Positions 10,994-23,920 of a DNA stretch of 64,000 nt are shown here, in pieces. The notes beneath the pieces were generated by a model, which ran no database searches, had not been told where the DNA came from, and saw nothing but the letters and a program-made list of their open reading frames with translations. Both the position numbers and the translations under genes were made by a program. The stretch is from Oculina patagonica (taxonomy: Eukaryota), in NCBI RefSeq assembly GCF_052425735.1, contig NC_135762.1:10478001-10542000 (forward strand). Direction: 5' to 3'. How positions within the stretch are numbered: position 1 is the stretch's first letter; every line of letters starts with the position of its first letter.

Positions 10994-11440
10994 CATTAGA
11001 ACCCCGTTAACTCGAATTCGGATAACTCGAAAAGCCAGCTGACTCAAACTAACCTCCATTTCCCTTGGATTTGACCCCACTTTTCAGTCACTTTTTCTCG
11101 GTTTACTCGTTTTCCTTGATCAAAATGTGGGTCAAGTTTACTCCGATTACTCGAATTCCGGTTGTTGTAACTCGCCATGGATGCCCATTGATTAGAGCAA
11201 CGAACAGATCACGTACTGTATTCGACAGCCATTTTCTACTCTTATCCTAAAATATAATGATCGTGCTAAAGTTTTTGACGAGATTAGTTTAATTTGCACT
11301 GTACTGTATACTGAAGTGCTCAGTATAATCAGTAACCTACCAATTATTAACTTGGAATATTAAACATTCAATCGACCTCGATAACTGCAAACCCACTTTT
11401 TTTGTTTCCCTTTAGAGTTCGAGTGACTGGGTTTCTACAG
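10994..11440. mobile_element. Tc1/mariner (pogo-like) MITE, degenerate
   Basis: TA-CATTAGAACCCCGTTAACTCGAA ... TTCGAGTGACTGGGTTTCTACAG-TA, with repeated ACTCGAA subterminal motifs. Confidence 0.65.
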
Positions 11441-13880
11441 TATTTGTTAAAATTTAGATATAACAAGAATTAAACCGTTACGCACTTTTTCGGTTGTGAT
11501 TTTATTTTAATCTTTTACAATTGTATTCAATCGCAGTGCAACGACGGTCACACAACGCCGCTTTCCAAGAAAAAAAAACGCTGTTAAATATAAAACAATA
11601 CTGACGGGCACCATTTCCTATGTATATGGAGAATAGAGCCGGACTGGCGATATACCTTTCCAGAGAAAAAATGAATAAAACCATTGAGAATTTTTTTTCT
11701 TCTTCTTCCACAAGAGAATCGTGTTGGAAACGCAGACGAATTTTGAACAAAATTGTGATCTCACAAGAAGAAGGTTAATTTAACAGTCATTACACGTAAA
11801 TCTGCACTTAAAAATGCAATTATCTTTATCGTGGTGTTCCCGATAGCTTTCGATTATTATAAGAAAGCCTTTGAATGCTTTGTATGTTCCGAAAAAAGTT
11901 CTGGCTTTCCTTTCCTTTTAACGTTCCTGCAAAACAATCTCTGAGAGCGGAATTTGGTAAACGAACAAAACGTGTAATCGTGTTTTCAAAACACAAACTG
12001 CCATCAAGAGCAGTTTTCCCAACCTTGTTTGATGCTGATTGGTTACATTTTTGTGTTTTACATGTGAAAAAAGATATATGTGAAGCTTATTGTACGCTTC
12101 GCTTTTTTCACATGTGAATCCGTGTGAACCTTTTAGATATATGTACGCCAACCTTATCAGACGTGTAACCAGTTACTGTCAATTACAAACATAAAAAGGG
12201 GTTTATCTCAGGTGAATTCAAACAATGAAAAAGTGTTCTCTTACCTTTTTATACGATAACGAGTTTTTCTAAATAAAGCCTACTTCAAATCTTTGAATTG
12301 GAACCATTAACGTCTTTCGCATAAAATTTAAGAAAACTTATTTTCATCTGAAAGGAAAACGCAGCTAAAACATCTGGAAAAGTTTTTTTACCATAACAAG
12401 TTCCACTAAAAAAAAAATCAGTGGAACTTTTTGCGATTTGGTACGAAGAAAATAAGCATTCAGATTAAATAAGCGTTTATTTTAATATCAATTACAATTG
12501 CTACCTCCAGTCTTTCCACCATTTGTTGGTAATAATTCACCGCGATACACCAGTGATCTCGAAAGTCAAATTCAGCCAATCACACAAACAAGGTAAGGAA
12601 GAGCCTTTTTTACCTAATCAAAGTAAAAGAAATGAAGATAACTTAACTCATATTTTAGTTTTTCACAAACAAATTTTAACTAGCCTTAGAATTGTGCTCC
12701 TATACTTTGTTTTTAAAAATTTTCCACCCAAACTGTCCAAAAACTTAAAGCGATAAGCCTCAACCGCAAAAAATGACCTCCTTGTATACGAAAGGAAAAT
12801 ATCTAACTTATACCTTTCTTGTCATTTACAACGTGCTTTATCTAAAATAGAAAAAAGTCTAAGATTTATTTTAAGAAAATTGCGACCAGTTTATTAGTAA
12901 CGACTAAGTCAAACGTTTCTTTTTAGAGTAAAAATATATATTATTTTAAAAAATCATTGTCCCTGCATTTACGAAAACGCGTAAAAGACACATCCGTCTG
13001 TAACAGACTAACTTAAACCCGACCTGCGTAAATTTAGACCCCCCTGAAAATTGTGAAATTAAAAAAAAAAACTTGATTTATTATATTCCTGCCTGGCGAA
13101 ATGCGCTGAACGCGTAAAAATTATTTGTGTAAGTAAAATTCGCAATACGTTAGCTTATATGCTTATATGCTGTCGTTCTCGATCAATACGAAAAAAGCCT
13201 ATCAATCAGTACAAGCATCTTGCAACACATGAGAATCTGCAAAGGCTCCGCTAGACTGGATCGCCTAATACATTTTTTTTCTGCACAATAATTTTAAGCC
13301 AAACCAGAAAATTAGAAAATTGACTTCTACTTCTTCTTCACTGTTGACGTAAGAAATAAATAATTTTGGGTTAATACTGTTCTGATCACTTTTATTTATT
13401 ATTCTTTGAAAACTAGCTAGACTGCTGTGGATCAGCTGTGATATATGATCATCAACTGACAATCAATGTAAGAAACAGTTCTTTTTCTACATTTTCTACA
13501 TTTGGATGAACATATAACTTGTTTCAGAAAAGCATTTAGTTTTGAGAATTTTGTTATACTTTAAATTATTAATAAAATCTTACACTTCAAGCCAAAAAAA
13601 GATTGCCAATAATAAACAGTAAAAAATTCAATTCTACAAAGCTTGTGGGTCAGTGTACAAATTAAAATATAAAAAATACGTGTTTAATGATATTCTAAAA
13701 CTGTTAAAAATTTCGAAATTTACTACAAACAATTTAAAAATTCAATAAAATTTGTGACTGTTAGCGCAGATAACGCCTCGAAGCTGATGTATTTGAGAAT
13801 GATCTTGCCTTTCACTATATTAAAATAAAAACGATTTAAATGCTGTTTTTAAATCCATATTTTTTTTTCAGACGACGAAT

Positions 13881-14963
13881 ATGGAAGGGTCGCAAGTGTT
13901 GTCCAACCTCTCAACCAATAATCAGTCTGCTCTCCTTAACACCACAGAGACAAGAAGTCTAATTTACGTTTTCACACCAGCAGATTTCACCACTAAACTC
14001 GTAATAATCTCACTTTGTGCAGTTGTTGGAATTGTCGGATTTGTTGGCAATTCTTTCATGTATTACTTTATCTCTTCGAAGAAAGAAAGTGTCTCATATA
14101 TGAAGTACAATCCATTTTTACGAAATTTAAACGTTTACGTTAAGAGTTTAGCTCTTTCAGATATCTTTTCTAATATAATTTCGCTTCCTTTGATTTGTAT
14201 TCAGATTATGTTTGATGTATTCCAACATGCCTGAGCATGCAAAATTGTTCGATACCTAAATATATTGTTTACTTCTATTACAATGAATAATTTAATAGTA
14301 ATAAGCATTGAAAGGTTCTTCGCAACTCGTGCCGTTCCCCGCTCGTTTAGTGTCTCCACTGTTCGTAAACTAGTGTTTAGCGCATGGATTGCAGGTTTTA
14401 TTATCGTCTTACTTCCAGCATCAACAATCAATGGGATAAGATACGATCTTAACGACACCCATTATACAGTAATTTGTAAATATGATAGCAGTTATTTTGT
14501 GTTTAGTGTACTTTTTGCAAGTTATACAGTACTACAGCACCTTATACCTAGTGTTATTTTAAGTTATCTAAATATTTCAGTTGCAAAAACCATGTGGACA
14601 AAACAAAAAAGAAGAGTAGATATTCAGAGGGACAACGCGATCAGGGCCAGTGCGAGGGCGGCTACACTCCGAGGGACATATCTCCTTGTTGCTGTAACGC
14701 TTTCTTTCATCATTCCATATTCATCGATACTTTATGATGGAGTCTATGAAATGTTGGCGAAACCCTCCATTGATTTTCAAGCAGACTTTATAACAAGGTA
14801 TCTTAGCGCTGTTCTGGTTTTTTCAAACAGCGTCATTAACGTCATCATGTATACAGTACAGATGAAAGATTTCCGCGCATTTCTTAAGAAGAAGTTTTGT
14901 GTCAAAGGGAATGCTATAAATCCTAACCCACCCGGGAAAGGGATTCAACTGCAGGCTTTATAA
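13881..14963 (+). pseudogene. Class A GPCR group A copy 2 with a single nonsense change (TGG>TGA at 14232-14234)
   Basis: ORFs 13881-14234 and 14265-14963 are in the same frame. The paralog at 22240 has CAT GCC TGG GCA TGC where this copy has CAT GCC TGA GCA TGC. Span is otherwise the same 360 codons. Confidence 0.88.
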
Positions 14964-17900
14964 TTCAAGGCAATCCCTGACTCCGTTGGGCCTATAAGAA
15001 CATCCCCAATTACCGGGAGACCTCCTTTGAAAATATGACGGGGTGGTCGTCGCGCATTTTTCAAAGAAACATCTAAATATAATGCTACCAGTGTCTCGTT
15101 TTGTGGGCGTGGTTTCAATTTCGTCATTGACTGACAGTTTTACCATTCGTTGCAGCGATAGTCGTGATAGTTCCCTGTCATTTTATCCAGCTTAATACAT
15201 TGAACGTGTCGAGATTACCTTAAGGAATCTTGTTTTTGCTTTGAATACCCTCAATGGTATCATCTAGAAATATTAATTCCGTTAAACATACGTACAACGA
15301 TCACCCAGTCACATTTTATGGTTGTCTCCCTAGGAACGATCTCGAAAGTTAATTTTTAAGTTAAGTCAACAACTATCGCCTGGAGAAGGGCAAAATTAAA
15401 AAAAAAAATCAACAACTTTTAAACCTGGCCAGAATGTGGGTCTATGAAGCTAGTACTAAAAAGTATTATAAGTTCAGTTTATTTTTCAGCTCAATTCAAT
15501 TTTTTCAGATTTTTCGTCTCAAACGACGACGATGACGGTTTGAGAGTTCTTACATCTGTTTTCAAGTGGTTTTTACAAAACATGACTTAAAGGGCACCAA
15601 CAATTTACATAAATAATTATACAATAAATTTGAAAAAAAAAACGAAACAAACTAAAAGAAGGCTTTCTTTGATTTGAAGTAAGAGGAAACTAACCCAATC
15701 TAAGGTTTATCGAACTGCCCTCTTCTTTTGCTCGTTCGTATTAACCCGCTGCCAAGACATTTTCAAAGTGCAAATGAGAGTTTGTTGGAGAACGTAACAA
15801 TTGCGTCGCGATCTGAAGTGGTTCTTTGCAACGCGCAAACAATAGGTAGAATTTACACATTTTACTGCCTATTTAAAGGGCAAGTTTCTGATTATAATTT
15901 TCACACAGAGGCTTTTTTCTCAAATGTTATATCGATGCACGAGCTCCTGATTTTAGGTGTATCTTTTTCTACAAATGGCGCGCTCTGGTTTACAAAGATC
16001 ATGATATATGGGAAGTAACTTTTACAATAAAATCAACATACAAACAAATACCCCTCGAAAAATTCCCCGAGTAAAAATGGTGCATTTTCAAAACAATGCT
16101 ACGTCTTTTTGATATCATCTGTCCACCTTCACACGATCCACCCATTTTGAATATTGGAAATTATGGGACCACAATGAAAAAAAGGAACCAGAGCTTTTAA
16201 ATTTCATATTAGCCGAGTATTTTGAACAAACTGTCTTTTTTAACACAAAATCCACATTCACAATTTTTGTCTTTCAGGGCAGAGAATTTCGTGCAGGAAT
16301 TTAACTTTTATATCAATGAATTCCAGTGCAGAGAATTGCGTGTAGAATTGGACTTTTATGAATTGAAGGCATGACCAAACACCTCTTTAACCGGTAAAGA
16401 AATTGTGTGCCTTGATTCAAAGAGATCTTTTCATAATGGATTTTGAAGCAAGCTTGATTTCGATTTCATTAGCAAGCGTGAGAGAAATAATGAATATTGT
16501 GAATACTGATTTTAAATCGTAGAGGAACGTTGAATGTTGTGCAAACTTTCTTACTTACGAAAGAAGATACTTTTTCAAAGGGAAATTAAATAAAAATAAT
16601 AATTAAATAAAATAAATATTAATAAATATATCGACTCTAAAAAAATCTATTCATACTTGTGCGTTCTCGGTTTAGGATTAATGAGCAGTGCGTCAACCAC
16701 TTCAGCCCTATGGCCACTTATGAAACGGACATACGATAGTGTCAGGTGAATTCAAACAATGATAAAGTATCCACCCAACCATTTGTGTCATTTCCGAGGT
16801 TTTCAAAACAGAGCCTGCTGCAAATCTTTCCTTTGAAAACGAACGTGATTCGCATGAAAATAAGATAACTAATTTTCATCTGAAAGCAAAATGCAACTAA
16901 AACGTCTGGAAAAGCTTCCACGAACTCGCATCACATTTCATTTTGTAGCGTGAAGATCAGTGCTACATGGAAGAAAAATATCAACTTGATACGAAGGGTA
17001 TTTTACGAACGGTAAGTAAGCAAATGTGCACGATTTTGTTTAAATAAGCTTTCTGATTTGGCAAGCGTCAATTAAATACAGCTTTTCACGGTTAATCGGC
17101 CACAATTTACCGCGCTTCAGTGATCGAAAAAGGTAGTCGATCATAAACAAGGTAAGAAAGCCATATTTTACTAGGCCAAGCAAAAGGCCGGAGTATTAAG
17201 TTATTTTAACTCATATTTTACTTTTTCACGAGGCGAGCACGATTTAACTTGCCTTGCAACTTAAATTTGATCTTAACTTCTTTTTTAAAATTCTCAACTC
17301 AAATCGTCTGAAAACTAAAATCTTTTAGAAAAAGAAAATATCTAACTTGTAACATCAAAAGTTCTTGTAATTTATAACGTGCTTTATCTAAAATACAAAC
17401 AAATTACTTAGATTAATTTCCTGAACATTGCGACCAGTGAATTAACAGCGACTAAGTCAAACATTTCTCTTTTTCAGTAAAATATATATTTTAAAAAAAT
17501 CACTGTCCCGGCATTTACGAAAAACACGTAAAAGATACATTCGTCTGTAACAGACCAGGTTAAACCAGACCTGCTGAAATTCAGACCTCCCTGGGCCTTG
17601 TGGATAATTGCCTGCAGCCTGGCCATGGCGAGATACGCTGAACTCGTTGGCATTATTTGTATACATTGTCATTCACATCCCTGTTCTGGTAAAAAACGGG
17701 TAACGTAGTTTTTACGGTCATTTTGGCCAAGCTCGAGAAGGTGGGAGGGAGGGGTATGTCTTTTCCTCGATTTCGAAAGATTTGACTTTGATTTTCCTTT
17801 TACACATGTACTCTAAACTGTGATCTGCCTGAGATACAAGCAGTAACGAAAACGTTATTACGCGGGAACACGGAGAAGTAAAAAATAAATACAATAAATA

Positions 17901-18088
17901 CAAAATGGATAAAATTTTGTAAAATAGTAAAATAGTAAAAAATAAATACAATGGATAAACACAATGATAGAGATCCACCAAATGTAACTTAAATTTACTC
18001 TCATCTCTTCGCCGTTTTTTAGTTCTTTTTTTTTTTTGTCAAAATAAAATTCTTAACACGACAGCTTATATGTTGTCGTTAAGTTCTC

Positions 18089-18441
18089 ATACATACATAC
18101 ATACATACTTTATTTAACGTGGAAAAAAGTACACACTTAGCTGTTAGCTAGTTTACAGGTGCTCCACGATTAAAAGTTTAGTATTTACAAAAGTATTTAC
18201 ATCAAAACAAAGGGTATAAAAGTATTACATCAGACTATTTTAAAATGGTTAAAAAAAAAAAAAAAGAAACAAACAAACAAACAAACAACAACACCATCTA
18301 GCTAAATTAAGATTCCTAAAAAATATATATATATAAATATAAAAATCCTATCTAAAAGCGATAAAATATAATTATTAAACATTGAAATCAGTTTGTCTAA
18401 TCTTTTTCAAAAAGTCCTTTGAGCCTGCCATGGAACGAATA
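18089..18441 (-). mobile_element. 5'-truncated L2/CR1-group LINE 3' end
   Basis: (GTAT)n tail after AATAAA; terminal ORF fragment DIRSMAGSKDFLKKIRQTDFNV*; absent at the paralogous site ~13180 (ttctc|gatcaa); TCTC present at both ends. Confidence 0.75.
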
Positions 18442-19004
18442 TCTCGATCAAAACGTAGCCTATCAATCAGTGCACGCATTCTGTAACACATGAAAATGTG
18501 GATAGGATCTGCTAATCTGGATCGGGTTATAGATTTTTTCGCCACAATAACTTCAAGCTAAACCAGTTGCTTATTGCTATAAATTCTCCTGTAAGTAAAC
18601 ATTTTTTTCTTTTTTTTAACTTAGATATCGCTTTACGTAGCTGAATTCGATGAAACTGCTGACGCTGGTAATACTATGTACAGTGTAAAACTGCTGGAAT
18701 ATTAATATTGCCTTCTCTCTTACTGTTAAGGTATGAGTAAATATCTTCGGTTAATGCTATAAAGTAAAATAAATTGCAATCGATTGCCACCATGAAACCA
18801 AGCAAGAACAAGTATCACAATTAGACAATTTATTTCAAAACATTTTGTGGGATATATTTTTAGACCACGAACCATAGTGTGGTAATATTTGTCTGTAATA
18901 AAAGAGTATAAAAGAGTACATGTTCTGATGATTTTTCTTTCTCCCTCCAAATCTAGCCGCCATTAGACTGCTGTGGATACCAGCTGTGATATATGATAAT
19001 CAAT

Positions 19005-21358
19005 CAGGGGGGGCCGAAGACTCGCGGATTTTTCGTATCACAATCATCGCCGGTAATTTGACGTCACATCCGGTCAAAAATGGGCAAAAATGTCGAGCAC
19101 ATCGTCTCCGCGAATCGCCGAAAATAATTTTCAAGTGGACGTGTTTGTTTCGTTTTTTTGAAGTGGACAGCCTCGATTAATTTGTCCATGCAGTCGAGGG
19201 AGGTGTGGGGACATCCGACTATTGTGGACAGAGTCGATAAAAGATAGCTTTACTGCAAATTGATGGCAAATAACGACGGCGTACTTTTGTGTCATGGCGG
19301 AAAATTTCGCTTACTCCAAATAATTGACCTGCCGACTTTTGGATCTAGCAATCACGGATGTAGCAAAAGTGATGATTAATAGCCTATTCGTGACAACACC
19401 AGGATCAAACATGTGGTTAGTTGCAGTGGCTATAGCGGGAATATCAACACAAGCCTGAAGTTAAATTGAGCGAGTAATCCGCAAGACGTCGAAAAGAATT
19501 TTAGCAGATGTTTTCGAATAACAGTTTTATTTGTATTGAACGGAGAGAGGTTGCAGAAAGAAGAGAAGACAGAAAGTTAGGAAAAGGAGAGAGACGCGGA
19601 GAGCAACGGACCCCGAGTCAAAACGGAGATTTTCCCGCGAAGGGATAGTCAAACCCCAACCGTCCAGAACGACTTGCAGGCAGGGGGAGGAAATAAAAAG
19701 GACAAAAAATAGGAGAAAAAAAAAAAAAAGCTTTGCCTGGCTAAAAAAATCCAGTTAGAAAAAAAAAGGAAAAGTGGGGGAGAGACAGGTTGCCTACTCA
19801 ACCTCCTAACTAGCTGTTCTTATTTTGCATTTATAAATCTCAAACTGACCATTTTGCTAATATAAAATCTCAAAATTAATTCATTTTATTTATTAATTTA
19901 TTGTGTGATTTTTTTTTATGGGTTGATAGAACAACATAAGACTTACAAACCATAAACCACAACCTAAAGAACAAATGCTGCTCCATATTTCATTATTATT
20001 TATTTTTCTGATGTATAGTGAATGATATTTTTAGGTAGCTCGATCAGTAATAGAGTTAAACATTGGCTGCCACAAGATAAGTGAATTTTTTTATTTTAAC
20101 AAACAGAAGTCCCCTTTTTGTTTAAGCTGTTTATGTTTTATTGAACAGCCCACTTCAATGGTATTGGAAAGCTGAAAGGAGAGTAAGCAGAGATGAAACC
20201 ATGTTTAAGGAGACAATGCAGGCAGAACAAAAGTTTAAAAATATTGAAGGCATGCAGTCAAGGAAAAGGAGGATATTGGATCTACCTTGATGGAAAGGTG
20301 TGGAAATACCATTTCCATGCATAAAGAACAAAAGATGACTGTTTTAAGAAAAACAAAATTGCTCACAAGTTTATAATAGAAATTAAAATAACAGAAAAGT
20401 TACACAAGATTCAAGTAGTTCCAGAAAATAGCTATCCCCCTACATTTTGACTCCCCCCCCCCCCCCCCCCGCATACCCTGGAATTTTTAATTAATTTATG
20501 ATAATCCCCAAACCACCACCTCTTTTGGAATCAATCTTGTGGGGACAAATAAATTCATAAAAGTAATGATAAAACGGAAAAAAAATAAAAATGGGAGTAA
20601 AATGCCCAAATAAGGTTGAAAAGTGAGAAACACCAAAATATAGATGAGAACGAGAAAATACAGATTAAAGGTAGTAAAAAATGAAAAGTAATATCAAAGT
20701 ATATGGTAAAAATAATTAATAAAATTATTTTTTTTTACCAGAGAAACTGCCCCTAAGTTTAGTGAACCCAGAAAGCAAAATGGAAGGCACCACAGAACAG
20801 AAAAACAACTCAAAAAAAAGAAAACGAGGGAGAAAAAACAATTGGAAAAACTAAATAGTCAAAAAAAAAAAAAAAACAAAAAAAGTACAAAAAAAAAGAA
20901 ATAAAAAAAAAAAAATTTTAAAAAAATGACCTAGAATAATAATAATAAGTGCCAGGCGTAATTAAAGCGGTGGCTCCCAGGGGATGCAAGGAGGTGGGGT
21001 GGAAAGAGAAAGCGATAGGTCGTCGGCGCGTGTTGTAGTTGGAAGAAGTTCGGAGTCGCCGAGGAGTATAGTACTAAGTAAAGTGCCCAGAAACAAATCG
21101 ACGAGAGACGCATTAAGGGCCGTATAGCCACTGAAACAGTGTATGTGTAGGTTCATGTCGTGAGAGAAAAGCGGAGGATTGGAGAGGAAGAAGTGCGGTA
21201 AGAGAAGGAAAAAGGAAGAGTCCCCACAACCCCCGACGGAGAGGCGCACTTCAAAAAAGATTCGGCGAGAGGCGAATTGCATGACCGGATGTGACGTCAA
21301 AACCGGATGAGGTGATACAAAAAAAGTGCCAGGCGTCGAGAAGTCTTCGACCCCCCTG
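19005..21358. mobile_element. 2.35-kb non-autonomous DNA transposon with 8-bp TSD (hAT or P superfamily)
   Basis: TIR CAGGGGGGGCCGAAGACT / AGTCTTCGACCCCCCTG; subterminal inverted TGACGTCACATCCGGTCA; perfect TSD TAATCAAT; empty site at paralogous ~13450; no transposase ORF. Confidence 0.9.
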
Positions 21359-21557
21359 TAATCAATTGACACCCAATGTAAGAGACAGGTCTTTGTATTT
21401 TGTAAAGGTTGTTTTCTATATGATCAGTGGAGATCGCTTGACTTTCAAGATCTGGGTCTCTTGTTATGCCATAAGCAAGTTATCAAGAAGGGCACACAGG
21501 ATTATTTTTAAAAAACCATCCACTCCAAAATTTTTGATTTTTATAGAGTTTTAATTA

Positions 21558-22146
21558 TTAGCACTTGGATGTACCGGGGGGGAGGGGTGTAGACATTGGG
21601 GAGAAAAGTTAGATGCTTAGATGCCATCCACTACGAGGTTTTTCCGTTACTTTTAGAAGATTCACTATATGATGCTTAAATTCAGTAGCTGTTCATTCAT
21701 CTCTTGCGAAAATTTTGATGTCAACTATGTGACCATGATTGTAGGGGGTTGCAATGACGTTAATTACAAGCAGGTTTGGCCAAAAATCTTGTTGTTGTTT
21801 TTAAACAAAATTTTGCAATTTGTGTAATTTCACTTCCCATTACCTTCTTTCTTGCTTGTGCATCAATTTCCACCTGGTTATTTTATTTTATTTCCGTTAT
21901 TTCCTAATAAAAGTGTGAAACCCAGGATGGCGGATCCAAAATGACGGAGTTAATGTGGTCATATCACATCATATGACGTCACAGCCAACCTGTAGAGTAG
22001 GGGGGGGGGGGGGAGGGGGGGAAGGTAGGAGCTTTCTACTCAGTCCACGCCGCGCATTACAACCACACCCCACACTAACCCCTCCCCCTTCCTTGTACCA
22101 CGATGTGGGGGGGGGGGGTGAATTTGCATGTACGTCCGAGGGTTAA
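21558..22146. mobile_element. piggyBac-like MITE, degenerate left end
   Basis: Right end GTACGTCCGAGGG-TTAA; left end TTAG-CACTTGGATGTAC is a decayed inverted copy; not seen in the paralogous 13.5-13.87 kb region. Confidence 0.55.
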
Positions 22147-22239
22147 CAATATTTGACACTTCAAGCAAAACATTGACATTTAATTCATAGCTTAGTAGAA
22201 GAAAGCTGATGTTCTTTTTGTTTTTTTCAGACGACGAAC

Positions 22240-23322
22240 ATGGAAGGGTCGCCGGTGTTGCCCAACCTCTCAACCAATAATCAGTCTGCCCTCCTCAACA
22301 CCACAGAGACAAGAAGTCCAATTTACGTTTTCACGCCAGCAGGTTTCACCACTAAACTCGTAATGGTCACACTTTTGGCAACTGTTGGAATTGTAGGATT
22401 TCTCGGCAATATTTTCATTTATTACTTTATCTCTTCGAGGAAACAAAACGTTTCATATATGAAGTACAATCCATTTGTACGAAATGTAAACGTCTACGTT
22501 AAGAGTTTAGCTTTTTCAGATATATTTTCTAATATAATTTCGCTTCCTTTGATTTGTACTCAGATTGTGTTTGATGTATTCCAACATGCCTGGGCATGCA
22601 GAATTGTTCGGTACCTTAATGTATTGTTTCCTTCCATAACGATGAATAATTTAATAGTAATTAGTATTGAGAGGTTCTTAGCAACTCGTGCCATTCCCCG
22701 CTCGTTTAGTGTCTCTACAGTTCGTAAATTAGTGTTTAGCGCATGGATTACAGGTTTTATTATCGCTTTACTTCCGGCATCAGCAATCAATGGCATAAGA
22801 TACAATCTTAACGAAACACATTTTACAGTAGTTTGCAAAATTGATAACAGCTATTTTATGTTCAGAGTAATATTTGCAAGTTACACAGTACTACAATACA
22901 TTATACCAAGTGTGGTCTTAAGTTATCTTAATATTTGCGTTGCAAAAACCATGTGGGCAAAACAAAAAAGAAGAGTAGATATTCAGAGGGACAACGCCAT
23001 TAGGGCCAGTGTGAGGGCGGCTAAGCTCCGAGGAACATATCTCCTTGTTGCTGTAACGTTGGCTTTCATCATTCCATATTCAGCGATGCTTTATTATGGA
23101 ATCTATGTAATGGTGGCGAAACCCTCCATTGATTTTCAAGCAGACTTTATAACAAGGTATCTTAGCGCTGTTCTGGTTTTTTCAAACAGCGTCATTAACT
23201 TCATCATATATACAGTACAGATGAAAGATTTCCGCACATTTCTTAAGAAGAAGTTTTGTGTCAAAGACAATGTTATAAATCCTAACCCACCCGGGGAAGG
23301 AATACAACTACAGGCTTTGTAA
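22240..23322 (+). CDS. Class A GPCR group A copy 3, intact (360 aa)
   Basis: Seven hydrophobic segments; N-glycosylation sequons (NLS, NQS, NTT); TM1 GN, TM2 LAxSD, TM3 C...ERF, TM4 W, ECL2 Cys, TM7 NSVINFIIY; splice acceptor ttttcag 9 nt before the ATG. Confidence 0.93.
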   Translation: MEGSPVLPNLSTNNQSALLNTTETRSPIYVFTPAGFTTKLVMVTLLATVGIVGFLGNIFIYYFISSRKQNVSYMKYNPFVRNVNVYVKSLAFSDIFSNIISLPLICTQIVFDVFQHAWACRIVRYLNVLFPSITMNNLIVISIERFLATRAIPRSFSVSTVRKLVFSAWITGFIIALLPASAINGIRYNLNETHFTVVCKIDNSYFMFRVIFASYTVLQYIIPSVVLSYLNICVAKTMWAKQKRRVDIQRDNAIRASVRAAKLRGTYLLVAVTLAFIIPYSAMLYYGIYVMVAKPSIDFQADFITRYLSAVLVFSNSVINFIIYTVQMKDFRTFLKKKFCVKDNVINPNPPGEGIQLQAL

Positions 23323-23730
23323 TTAAAGACAATCCCTGACACTGTTGGTCCTAAGAGCTCATTCTCTCAATTACCCGGAGACCTCCTTTGAAAATATGAC
23401 GGGGTAGTCGTCGCACATTTTTCAAAGAAGTATCTAAAAATAATGCTACCAGTGTCTCGTTTCGTGAGCGTGGTTCCAATTTCGTCATTGACTGACAGTT
23501 TTACCATTCGTTGCAGCGATAGTCATGATAGTTCCCTGTCATTTTACCCAGCATAATACATTGAACGTATCGACATTACCTTAAGGGTACTTGTTTTTGC
23601 TTTGAATACCCTAAATGGTATCATCTAGAAATATTAATTCCGTTAAACAGACGTGCAACGATCACCCAGTCACACTTTTGATGGTTGTCTCCCTAGGAAC
23701 GATCTCCTGCCTTTTCTCAGACAGGAAGTA

Positions 23731-23920
23731 CCGTAAAATCCCGATAAACAGCCAACCAATATTTCATGCAACCCCCGCCTGTCCAAAAACAGAAACGTCT
23801 CAGACGGGAAAACCCTTTGGATAATACGCCCTTCCGAATACAACTCCCGTACGATTAGATTTAGTTCGTAACGGTCGCACATTTACCAATCAACGGTAGT
23901 ACGTTAATGAAGTTTTACGG
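23731..23920. mobile_element. Tc1/mariner-type MITE remnant (paralogous remnant at ~3574)
   Basis: TA-CCGTAAAA ... TTTTACGG-TA. Confidence 0.55.

Larger units (their letters stand above)
8960..15340 (+). repeat. Segmental duplication unit (upstream region, GPCR, 3' flank), paralogous to ~15360-23900
   Basis: Collinear blocks, e.g. ccagaatgtgggtcta (~9032/15429), ggcgcgctctgg (~9397/15977), gactgctgtggat (~13420/18967); 3' flanks also match 3243-3560. Confidence 0.85.

Noticed and set aside
14232-14234. Selenocysteine codon
   Set aside because: The paralog has Trp, not Cys, at this position, and no SECIS was recognised.
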